From positions 7,340 through 71,339 of the forward strand of contig NMRA01000476.1 of assembly GCA_002633005.1 (NCBI GenBank): a stretch of DNA of 64,000 nucleotides, given 5' to 3'. The notes beneath the pieces are model-generated. The model was not told where the DNA came from. It made no database searches and was given only the letters and a program-made list of their open reading frames with translations. The position numbers and the translations under genes were made by a program. This document shows, in pieces, positions 1-11,700 of this stretch. Source of the stretch: Phoronis australis. Taxonomy: Eukaryota; Animalia; Phoronida. Each line of letters starts with the position of its first letter. The stretch's first letter is position 1.

Positions 1-296
1 CACGGGGCTTCAGCATCCACACACTTTTTGTCAGTTAGTTGACCCTGTTGACCGCAATTGTCCACGAATATAGTAACCTTAGGTCTTTTGGGAATTTGTG
101 GCCACCTGTCGAAGACTTGCACCAGGGAAATTAGCAGTAATAAGGCTTAGCGCGACGACGTATTTTGATAAAAATTCCATCTTTTACCAGTTGTTTACAT
201 GCAGACAGCCACGCATGCGCAATTCAATCACCACTAGTACAGCAGCGACACCGCGAGGAGAATTCTCCGAATAGCCCCATTGGTGGGCAGATTTCG

Positions 297-367
297 CCTA
301 CCACCCGTTCAAAATATGTGGGACGAAATTAGCACAGAAAGCGATGGAAGTATTGTAGCCTCTAACC
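297..367 (-). repeat. Dispersed repeat fragment, inverted partner at 62526-62598
   Basis: Shared ggttag.ggctacaa.acttcc.atcgctttctgt....atttcgtcc. Confidence 0.7.
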
Positions 368-853
368 GGTTAACTAAGGGGCTATGTGTTGCCTAGGCCT
401 TGCCAAAAATACATTCTACACATTCTATACACTATCACTTAAAAAACGCTTACTTTCCTCAGTGATCCTTTCTGCTTCTACACATATCTTCGATGAAGCA
501 TAGCTACGAGAATTAAGGTGACTTTGGCGAAGAATTCCAACTCCACTTTTTTGGTCACCGTTAACTTTTTCACTGCGCGCGCAATAACCACAAAGTATTT
601 CAAATGAGTCACGTGAGTTAGGCAAAGGCTAGTGCGAGACTGAGCGAAGCGCGTGATACCTGAAAATTAGAATGGGAAGACATGAGGTGAAATTATTACT
701 AGCTTTGTATCCCTTGGACAGCAGGCGTGATTTCACATAAGTTCCTTAAAATGGCACCTCGCGAGAGAAACTTGAGCGAACCGTGGCAGATTATCAGTTA
801 TGTAGACAGTGACCACAGTCTTTACTGACTCCGCAATAGAGACTGTTGGAAGA

Positions 854-1110
854 TTTTCGGCGAATTATGCCTTGCACTGACTAAAACATCAATGCTACAT
901 TGTCATACATACTTTTTGCGCATAGAGGGGCAACCTAGGAGGCCCTCGATGTATTTAATTCATTCCAACTCCAACAAATACTCCCGTTATCAAACTTTTT
1001 CTTCAAGTAGTCCCTCGTTCAGTTCCCAGAATCGGTAGCACACCATTTTTTACACTGCACGCACCAGGGGATATGACTTCATGCCACCAAGCGCGCAATG
1101 TTAAAAATGG
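854..1110 (+). mobile_element. Diverged single-arm copy of the 3017-3916 MITE family
   Basis: ttttcggcgaattatgcc...aacaaatactcccgttat.aaactttttctt...cagttccca aligns colinearly with 3093-3310. Confidence 0.8.
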
Positions 1111-1265
1111 TGAGTTACCAATTTTGGAAACTGAATGAGGGACTGCTTGAAGAACGAGAGTGCTCGGAGGAGTGACACTTGGCGAAATTAACCGAAAAGA
1201 CGACAACGGAGATGATTGTTACGATAATGAAAATGGCGAGTATGAACAACACGATGACATTCAAT

Positions 1266-2254
1266 TGCGGAGTTATCGATTTTGTGACATTCCGTGATCA
1301 ATTGGCAACTGCTGTTCAACCGTAACTCATCGGATAATTCCGTACCCTGCGCGTGAGACCAGGGAGTTGCTCCAGACGAGCTTTTTGGGAAGACTTTTGT
1401 GCTTTGACCGCGAATTTCTTGCAAACTCGGTGGAGCAGGACACCATAAATGGTATTGGTAGAAAGAACAATTCCTCATGGTTTGCTGAACCTCTGTTTTG
1501 AGTAAATTTAGGTTATTGTTTACAATCCGACTCCATTAACGTACATACTTGATACTCCTATTTTCTGAATCCTCTAGTTATGGTGATTCCAAAAATGTAT
1601 TACTTGTACTGATTGGTTGATTATTATTCATAATTTCCAAGTTTTTCCAAAGCGTTCATTCGCAACGCGGATTTAGTGAGACAGCCATTTTTAAAAATGC
1701 GACACCTGTCGGTAGGATTGATAACTAACGGTTAACCGCGAGATGTCAAGTGTTTTCGAGGACGACATTTGTCCGCGAGAACACGCACTCTTGTGTTTTT
1801 TCTAATGAAGTTTTGAAGAGGGAATCCTTTATCAATGACTATTACTGTTTTTTACTCAGAGTTTCCCTAACATGCCACGCGGTATCTTCAACATACTAGC
1901 CAATTTTGGGGTCTTTTTGACACACGCATGATTGTTGTAGTTATCATTCCCGCCGACAGGTGTCGCAGTTTTATGATGGCGGTCACTCGAGATCGGCTGC
2001 CGCAAATGAACACCTCGTAAAAACGGTGAATGCATGAATAAAAAGAGCCTAATCGGTACGAGTAATACATTTTTGGAATCACCATGATCACCCTGACGAG
2101 AGGATCCAGAAAATGTTATTATCAAGTATGTATGTTAATGGAGTCAGATTGTAAACAATAACCTAAATTTATTGAGTTCTGTGTTTGCTATGGACGGCTG
2201 AAGTGAAGCAACCGTGGAATTTCAAGTCCGGAGTGTCATACCTTGTAGTATTAT
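1266..2254 (+). mobile_element. Older repeat fragment interrupted by the 1511-2163 MITE
   Basis: 1266-1510 joined to 2172-2254 aligns with the reverse complement of 4284-4615 (tatggacggctgaa, ccgtggaatttc, gagtgtcatac.ttgtagtattat). Confidence 0.7.
1511..2163. mobile_element. 653-bp MITE with ~240-bp imperfect TIRs (GGTTATTGTTTACAATC...) and 8-bp TSD TAAATTTA
   Basis: TSD at 1503-1510 and 2164-2171. The terminal ~44 bp are inverted with 2 mismatches. A homologous empty site is visible at 4367-4374. Confidence 0.85.
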
Positions 2255-2257
2255 ATA

Positions 2258-3938
2258 TAGTGTATTGGGGACCATCAGAAGCTGAGGATGCCTGTGGCTA
2301 GAACTGGAACACTGACTTGTAGTGAGACGTTATATGACGCGTTAGTGTTATTGCAAGGTAATACACTTTTGCAAGCCAGGTTAGACATTTTGGGATACTA
2401 CAGACTGTATCTGACTGGCAGTAGCAAGTATGCATTTCATTAGCACACTGCCTGTAGACTAAGAACTAGGTTCATTTTTCTAAAAAAAATTAAAACGCTC
2501 GAGATCATCCGCAATAATTGTGAAACTCTAAAAATACCTGAATCGCCGACAACTATTACTCTCACTTTGTCGATAGCAGCCATACCACTTCCTAATTAGT
2601 AGTAGTATTTATTTCCGTACGAACGTGATTGTTTGTGACTTTTACAGTGATCAGCTTGAATTACAAATCCTTATTAAATAATTATCATGAATTTTGTGGC
2701 CCAAATATCACTGAAATGTTATGGTAATGGGCTTAAGCTGATGCACGATTGAACTGATTGAATTAAAAAGTTATTCGTTTATATTTGTTAATCGGAAATG
2801 AAGTCGTTCTCTGTTCACCGTGTTTGTTGTTCATGTGGTGCTTCTTACCAGCTAAGCAGTTGCTGACAGTCCTTCAGTTTCAAGAGGAAAACTTTGATAA
2901 TAGAGGTACGTAGATGCTTTGTGTAGTTTTCAGAACGTATGAAAACACGTTGCCTTATCCAGACGTGGTGTGCTCTGTAATAGACCACAGGCATCCTTAA
3001 GCTTCTGATCGTCCCCTAGGCAATGACCATCGCCTCTGTTGGCCCGAAGCAGAGGCGATGTAGAGGCTATAGGCGCTCTGTACGCCGGAAGCTTTTCGGC
3101 GAATTATGCCTCGTACCGACTAAACCATCAAAGTCACGTTGTTACAAATACCTTTTGCGCTTAGAGGAACACCTTAGGAGGTTGTCGATGTGTTTAATTC
3201 CTTTCAACTCGAACAAATACTCCCGTTATGAAACTTTTTCTTCGAGCAGTCCCTATTTCAGTTCCCAAAATCGTGAACTCACCATTTTTATACTGCGCAC
3301 GCTCCAATTCATGACCTCAATCTTTAAATAGGCCAAAGGTGAGCCATTGCGGTCTTGGCAGTCAAATGTTCGTTTCCAAAATGCCACCACTTATACTTGT
3401 CTTTAATTGGCGTTACTTGAAACTGATTGTATTTCAATGAATCATTGTTTGTATTTGATAAAAACAAATGCTGTTGATATGACATTTAATAGTCTTTTTG
3501 CACATATTTGACATTTTAATGTTTAACAACACGGCAAATGCACGGCTGGTTCCCGGCAGCACGTACGCGAAGGGCGGGAACTTCAGCTTTCAAAGTTCGC
3601 CGGTAGGTCCGCAACTTCTGACCTTCGGCCTGGTTAAAAAAATGAAAAAGTTGAGTTCACGATTTTGGGAACTGAAATAGGGACTGCTCGAAGAAAAAGT
3701 TTCATAACGGGAGTATTTGTTCGAGTTGGAAGGAATTAAACACATCGACAACCTCCTAAGGTGTTCCTCTAAGCGCAAAAGGTATTTGTAACAACGTGAC
3801 TTTGATGGTTTAGTCGGTGCGAGGCATAATTCGCCGAAAAGCTTCCGGCGTACAGAGCGCCTATAGCCTCTACATCGCCTCTGCTTCGGGCCAACAGAGG
3901 CGATGGTCATTGCCTAATCGTCCCCAGGCAATACACTA
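2258..3938. mobile_element. Putative older element with ~45-bp inverted ends; right end interrupted by the 3017-3916 MITE
   Basis: Left end tagtgtattggggaccatcagaagctgaggatgcctgtgg versus reconstructed right end ccacaggcatccttaagcttctgatcgtcccc[insertion]aggcaatacacta. Confidence 0.55.
3017..3916. mobile_element. Young 900-bp non-autonomous foldback/MITE with 265-bp TIRs and 9-bp TSD (Mutator-like by TSD length)
   Basis: Arms 3017-3281 and 3652-3916 are reverse complements with 2 mismatches by eye. ATCGTCCCC is duplicated at 3008-3016 and 3917-3925. Confidence 0.92.
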
Positions 3939-4283
3939 CAGTCTACACATAGTCAATGTACCTCATTATCGGAGGGACCATAAATATCAGCTGAAATTTG
4001 GCTACAAGGTGCCCGCAGCCATTACTTGGTTAGTCAGTTTTCTGCAGTGTGGCGTATGGGGAATGGTGGTGTGTTATATTTAGGTTCTCCGAAGGTTTGC
4101 TAGTTGTGTTTTTTAAAGATTAGTCAGAACATAAATGTGGCTTTCGGTGACAAGATATAGTAACAGAACAATTCCATAAATGTAAGTCTTTATTTCAGCA
4201 AAGAATTTACAACAATCCATAGTATCAATTAAATATAATGCAAAGTGTGCCAAATCGTCCGATAATTAGGTCACTTGATTGTA

Positions 4284-4615
4284 ATAATACTACAACGTAT
4301 GACACTCTGGGCTAGAAATTCCACGGCTGCTTCGATTCAGCCGTCCATATCGAACACATTACTCAATAAAGTTACACAAAACGGGTTCAACAAACCATGA
4401 ACAATTGTTCTTTTTTATAGTACCATTCACGGTGTCCTTTTCCGGCGACTTCGTAAGAAATTCGCAGTCAAAGAACGAAAATGTTCCCAAAAAGTCCAAA
4501 CACACTTACAACTGTGTCGGTTCGAGGTCAAGGACGGTACGGAAATTACCGATGAATTACAGATGGACGGCGTTCTCGACATTGTGACTGTATGCGACAA
4601 ACCGGCAATTTCCGT
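4284..4615 (-). mobile_element. Uninterrupted inverted copy of the 1266-2254 repeat
   Basis: Colinear similarity with 1266-2254. CpG-rich compared with its flanks. Confidence 0.7.
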
Positions 4616-5089
4616 ACATTTTGTTATCTTAGTTTTTTATGAAAATCAAAAAATGTCTAATTTTTATTGCCCTGATAGAAAAGGGCAAGCTTTTAAAACT
4701 TCCATAAACTATTTGTAGAATAGTGCATAAAGCATAGCCAATGTATTCTTAAGTAGAGATGCACTTGTCTGTATTAGTGGGATTGTGGAAATTATCAAGT
4801 AAAAATCGAGCTTGTATGTTCTCAAATTAATACATTGACTCTGACAGTGAAATCTATCAGTTGTAATCTTGTAGACCTACTTTTTGATTGGGCTGTAGGA
4901 TTTAGTTGGTGGACTTGTTTTGAACCTGTAAAAGTGATTTTATCACCTTGAGGCATTCCAATTTCTGAAAGCCATTCAAAATGCCTTTTGAGAATAGCTT
5001 TGATCAGAACTTGGAATGCACTAGGTACATTTTAGATTTGCAGACAATTGTGAGACAATTGCTAACTGAAAATGCGTGTTGTTTTCAGA

Positions 5090-5760
5090 ATGACTTCAAC
5101 ACCAAGGTCAACCCCCTTTGAACCTGAATTGCTGACTGAAGTGCCTTCCGTTTTAAAGAAATTGGTACGCTACATTCTACACGGGTTTTACGGAGTAGAA
5201 TTTGCTGTTGTCATGGATATGTTGGTTCGCAACCCATGCATGAAAGAAGAGGACATACTAGATCTGCTCAAGTTTGAACAGAAACAACTTCGTTCGATTC
5301 TAAACAAACTCAAGATGGAAAAGTTCATCAAACAGCGAATGAGAGTAGAGACAGATAAGGAAGGGAAGACAACAAAGCACAACTATTATTTTATCAACTA
5401 CAAAATGTTTGTCAACGTTGTCAAGTATAAACTCGATCACATGCGTCGGAAAATCGAAACGGAAGAGCGAGACGCGACCAACAGGGCATCATTCACTTGT
5501 CCATCCTGCGGGAAATCGTACACTGATCTAGAGGCAGACCAGTTGTATGACTTCGTCTCGCAGACGTTCAAGTGTATGTTGTGCCTTGTCGAGGTGAAGG
5601 AGGATGTTAGCGCAAAGCCTCAGATTGACGCGCGGACGTTTTTGGCCAAGTTTAATGAACAGATTGAGCCGGTGTACGTGATGTTGCGGGAGTGTGACAA
5701 TTTCAAACTCGCCCCAGAGTTGTTAGAGCCAGAACCAACTGACATGAAGAAATTATTAAA
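5090..5760 (+). CDS. GTF2E1: GTF2E1 coding exon 1 (winged helix + Zn ribbon)
   Basis: Acceptor ttttcag ends at 5088, ATG at 5090, donor gtatgt at 5761 (phase 2). Lies within ORF 5072..5782. Confidence 0.95.
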
Positions 5761-8700
5761 GTATGTTGTCCTATTTCGATGAAATTTCTTCTTGTAACCT
5801 GGCAAAATTTCAAAGTGTAAATTTATGCCAGTTTTCAAAGGATTTTGTGTTTTTGTCTGAGGTTCTCAGTTTTTGACATAAGCTCAACAAAATTAAACTC
5901 ATTTAGCCAACAAACATACTAATTTTAAGGATATTCAATTGAGGAAAGACTAAGTTATGATCAAGCTTATCCACTCTCCAGACATTTTTTGTCAAAAGAT
6001 TATTTTATTGCACATGCCAAAATGATGCTCAGTGTGCAGACGTGTGTACAGATCCATCTTAAGCAAATAGTCTTAGTTTGCTCTACATAATCATCATTTA
6101 TTACTGGACGATATTTTTTTGGCAATTTGTGATGTGCCGTTGACTTTGGGGAAAGCTATGAGGAGCTTTTCATGTTCAAATTTTCCTTTAAGTTTCAAAT
6201 GTTACGAGCAAAAATATGCTTGTGAGATAAGAGTGTAACTTTTTTCTTTTTGACTGTTTTAGGTCCTCTATTGGTACATTGTTACACATTGTGTTAGGAA
6301 ATGTTGTTGATAGTCACTCATACTAGCTGCAGTTCTGCGTCGTTAGAATTTTATTTGTTTCTATTTTAACTCCACTTCACCTGTTCTAGATCTGCGGGTT
6401 TGACAGAGAGCTCTAAGAAAACACTTGGGGAACGTACAGTATGGTCTGGGGATGCGAGTAAAGAGCGTACATATGGTTACAATGAGAGTACAGTCACTAT
6501 CAACATGGGCGACCAAGTCAGTAATGCACCAATGGATGAGCGACCGAAGAAAGAACAACCCATATGGATGTCACAGAGCACTGTAGATGGCGCTGTGTCA
6601 GAGTCTGTGTTTCAGGTACTACCAAGATATTGCACTTATTTTCTTGCTTCAGTTATCAATGCTATTTTTTCAGAACAAAATAAATATTTTCTGCCTTGCT
6701 TTATTTTTGTATATAAAAATCACACTGTTACACTGTTACATATTTTAAACTTTGTATCAGCTTCTTTTGTCTTGGGGTTTTATCAGAATGATTGATGTTT
6801 GGCAGGAACTCTTTATTTTTACCCATTAAGTTGCTTGTGATTGTGGGTTAGTTTCTGTTGCCTAGGCAGTATGGCCATCCAAGGAATGACTGTCAATTTA
6901 TTGTGAATCAATTTTAGATCAAAAGTTTGTATCTGAAATCGAATTTGAACTTGTTTTTGACACTTTCCACTCTGCTTTAGTACAGGGGCAAGGTAAGTGT
7001 GTATTATTCTGTGCTGGAATATACATGGATGACTGACTAATCATAGTGTGCACTTGATGACCCGAGCATTAAAGTTATAAGCTCAAGTCTGAACTCCAAA
7101 TCTAAAGGTTCTAATTGAGTTTATAGCTGGAATTTAGGTGTCACTGAGTGCAAACTTGGACTTGAGCTACTAACAAAGTAAAATGCAAAATGTCAAAAAA
7201 TAATTTCCGAGACCAATTCCATGTGTTAAGATAAGCACACGAACACAGAACATTGTCTTGGACCTTTGTCCAATTAAGTTGATCAAACAATCTTCTTCCT
7301 CTATAAATCCTATCTACGTGACTGTATTCTTTAACGAATACCCAAATAACGATCTCAAGGTGGATTTTTGATGAATTTCCAGCCTGTTGATCAACCTGGC
7401 ACATCAAAGACAGTTAAAGATCCCATGGCTGTGGAGAACAAAGAGATTATTCAGACATTACTTGTGCACGAAAAGAAGGCCCCGGCTGTACACGTGCCGG
7501 CGGGGAGTGACGAGGGCTCTTCAAGTAGCGAGTCAGACGACGAGGTTAAACCTGGGAATGCAGGTAATTGCATGTTGATTAAAAAGTTTATTTCATTCAT
7601 TTTAGAAATGATTAGATACAAAGTTTACTCATTCTGGCTATGGTTTGTGTTTATTTCTGAAAATGCATTTCTTTCAAAGAACCTGTCCTGACCAGATGGT
7701 CATTTATGGACAATGAACACAGTTGAGTCGGAGGACATTCCTGGTGTGCGAGGTAGATGCGACAACTTGAGATAACGCAAGATCACGCAAGACCTCGTTA
7801 GATATTGCCATGTGCTACACGCAAAGCATGTGAACACACTTGCTTCTGCGGCAAGATTCTTGTTTCTACGGAACCCGGGTTGCACTGATAAGGATTTATT
7901 TTGGCGCTAATGATTTGTCCAGCCACAAGTCCTTTTTGTGAACTGTAATTACAAATGTAGACTTAGCCCACTACCCAAAAGTACTATTTAGTGAACAACT
8001 AGTATATTTTACTGTGAATTATTTGTTAATAGTAAGAAATCCAAAATAAACCAAGGAACTTGTTATTCACGAATTAAACAGTTACTTGAATGGTCAATAT
8101 TGTTATGGATTGAAATCAGTATTAGTACACGTTTATTTGCAGTAACATTTATTGAGTAATATAATAGTGTATACACTTAGTGTCAAGCTTACTCAGTAAT
8201 AAAAAATTGATGTGAAATACAAGTTACGGTTCTGATAAACACTGTCATATGTCAAATGGGTCGTATTTAAAGGCAGAACAAGTATTGGGAACTGTGACTT
8301 TGCAATGAACATTTAGATATGGAGATTACACCAAGTTGGTGGTGTAATTTCAATATTTTAATGATATTGGTTTGCATTACAAAATCAACGCTGGGGAAGA
8401 CCAATAATAATTTGTTCCAAGTGTTGAAAGAGGGAAGAAAACCTTCAAAGGTATCCTTAGGCTGTCTTTGTGCTCATTTCATCTTTCTCTTTGACACCAG
8501 GTGGCACTAGTAGTTAGCTCTGGATAACATTTAATCATTCTTGGTAAACAAATCAAGTTCTTTTTACAGAAGATTAAATTTATGTGACGGAGTTTCCTGT
8601 CCTTTTTATCCATATACTTACATGCGCTTGTTTGTGCAGTATAAATAGATGAGACTGAATAGATTGCATGAAATGCCCCACTTTTGGGGCCGAATATCAC

Positions 8701-11700
8701 CCCAATTATCGATAAAAGCTATTTATAAAAATCATGTAAAATTGACCTCATCAAGCCAAATTTTCAAACTCTGATGATTTATAAATTACACTTAAGGTTT
8801 CCGTTAGAGTCACTTCTGCAAAATGTTAGTCCTGGCTACTTGAGGCATTGTCAGTGAGGTTTAGTGACCAGGGAGTGGACTCTGTGGTAATGGGGGGGGG
8901 GGGGGATTTTGCTATCAACCAAAAAATATGTTGGAAGCATACTACATTACAGAAGTTTTAAAAAAGTTGACAAAAAATTCTTCTTTTGGAAAATAGGCAA
9001 AGTTTCGAAGCAAAACATTTTGGCCAATTTCCAGAAGAAACAAACGGGATAGTGCTCTCAATGATCATTAGGTGTCTCTCGTGATGTGCACTTACTGCTA
9101 ATTTTCAAATGAGACAAACAGATGCACTTCTAGAGTAAGTGCTTTTGACGACTGTTAAATATCTTTAGTGATATGCGAGCAGGTACAGGTGTAGTAAACA
9201 TCAGATGTCACTAGTTATGTGCATTACTCAGGACAGTGCATGAACTGAATTCCTGTATTTACCAATTACCAGAAGGATTGTCTGCCATTCCCACTGTGTT
9301 CTACTGACCCCAAGTTCTGACAACCTGTTTGAAATCAACCAGTTATGTCCTTAAGAAATAAGGTAATGGGTAACAGTATGACGCCAGGTTCTGATTAGTA
9401 CAGTTCAAATGGGGGTGTATTTAGGAGCAAGTTTATTGTAAAAAATAAATCATTTTCCACTTGAAATCCTGTGCTTGTCACTGCTGCTGCTTCTGACAAG
9501 TTGATGTGGAGTCTTATACATGGATAATGATATCCTGCATATGTGTACAAGTTTTTGTGTAGTGCTTTTCATTTCGCCGGAATTTTTACATGTTAAATTG
9601 AGTCTGAAATGTTACTGGTGTATAATATCTCAGCAAGCGTAAAGTTCCATCTGGTGTTGTCTCGATATAGTGTAGGTACACTGCGTCTCTATGTGTCAAT
9701 TGTCTGTTGTTGGCATGTGTTTGAAGTTGATGGTACAACATGTGTAACACAGCTTAATTCATTGCAATAATGTTGGTCATAGACTCAGACGTCTTTAGCT
9801 TGCTACATCCGTGACAGTGCATATTCTGAGAAAACATAAATTTGCAGGCTGCCAGTCCCAACTCACCACTTTCCCACCCTCAGACACCTAGTTTGCTTAT
9901 TTCTTTGAGTGCATGGGCCTTATCGTGACCCAGAGAGTCATGACCCTTCTGTGCTTCACTGATAAAAATACACTGAGTGTCATGTGGTTTAAACAAACTA
10001 ATTAGATTAATTATCGTATTGTTCTATTCCCTTTCTGCGTAAAGTCTTGATTTAAGCCTTGTCTGGTGACTTGCTTTCTGTTCTCGAATGTTTTTCATGG
10101 AATTGGATGTTATCCTTTGTAAAGGATAACAATCCTAAAAGCTTTTAGTCCTCTTGGATTAGTTCAGTCGGTCATATTGCTTAAGCTCAATTTCACCATA
10201 TTTAGCTGGCTGTAAACAAAATTAGGCCTTTTACTTTCATAAAATCGATCAGATAATACTCCTTATCGTGATATGATTCTAATTTGCTTTATTTACAAGA
10301 ACACTGGCACCATCAGCGACTCAAAGAAAATGCTTTAGAATTTATTGGATTGGACAACTGTAAAATTGCAGTTTCGAAAATGGCACGTGTACACATTCTC
10401 TGTGACTTGAGTTACCCGGAATTCAACACTGACAGCTTCAACAGTGAAGAAGCGTCCCTTTTAAAGCTTTCTCTTGCAGTTCTTAGTTTTTCATCTGTAA
10501 AAACTGAAGACAGTTATACAATTTTTAAAACCTCGTCAAGTCCATGTTTTCAAAACAAGGTAAGCATGGTTGGACATCAAGAAAATGGAGCTAATGGTTT
10601 CCAAAACTTTCTCAGTGCTTTAGTAAATGTGCTCTTGAAAAATAATCAAAATTCAATTTTAATTGAGCAGACTGTTTCAAAGTAAGTAGCTTTTACTACA
10701 GCTCCATTATTCATAGTACTGTAATTCTTCGGTTTAACGCCCACACTCAATTTATACAATGCAGACTTCGTTAAAGGTCCCCATGTCTTTGGAGTGCCTG
10801 TCTCTTGAGAATATAATCTCCAACTTACCTCATGAGCACTCAGTTTCAGTGGCACCTTGCCCTATTCAAGTGGGAAATACCTGTTTTTACTGTAGCCAAA
10901 GTGAAAAACGGTTCTTTTGACTTCTGTGCAAAAGAGGTGAAGGCATTTGTGTGAGAGCATGGACTGTTTACGTTTGCATAAGCGACCATCCCCCCTTTCC
11001 AAAATTTTGTTTTAAACATCCATAGTCGGCATNCCCCCCCCCCCTAGTTGTTCGCTTTCCTAATTTAAGCGATCTGGGTGTTAACCCGGATAAGTGCATT
11101 ACATTTCGATGTTAATGTTAAAGTGAATACATGTCAACATCAATAATTTTGTTACCAATAAGTCATGCTTCATTCAACTGTTTTGTATGTACTTGCATGG
11201 GCCTCATTCTGAATAAAGGTGCGGCTTCACTTTCTGGCACAAATAGTTCTAAATACATTGATATATGGTATGAGATAGCAATACTGTATGAACTGAGTCT
11301 GCAAGTATGGCTCATGGGAAGAATTTCTACAACTTATGCTTCGCACCGGCTAAAGTGTCAGAGTCATGTTGCTATAAGTACCTTTCCAGTGTAGAGGGAT
11401 ACCACTGGAGGCCGTTGACGACTTTGAATCCTTCCATCCTGAAAAAATGCCCATGTAGATAAAATTTCTGTCTGCCGTGTTTCTTCATTTGCCAACAAAA
11501 TTGTTGACGTTGCTACTTTGCTGTCCAGGTGGCCCTGGGTATGACAGTACTGATGCTGGGGCACAAGCTTTAGGCACCAGCAAGTCTTGCAGATCCCTGA
11601 GGCAGCACGTTTGCGATTGGCTTATTGCCAAGGTCAACCTCGAGGTGAACAAAAAATTTACATGTAATAGACATGCCTAGTTATGCAGTCACAGCAAAAA

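Noticed and set aside
1498-2176. 5-bp TSD TTGAG with element 1503-2171
   Set aside because: The homologous empty site (4367-4374) keeps one TAACTTTA followed by TTGAG, so the duplicated target is the 8-mer TAAATTTA.
3023-3910. Two near-identical ~100-aa genes on opposite strands
   Set aside because: They are the two TIRs of one MITE. There is no recognisable domain, and the older family copy at 854-1110 is not open in the equivalent frame.
10284-10685. 133-aa ORF inside the GTF2E1 intron
   Set aside because: TTG start, no recognisable domain, and it overlaps a dispersed repeat. GTF2E1 exon phases already close without it.
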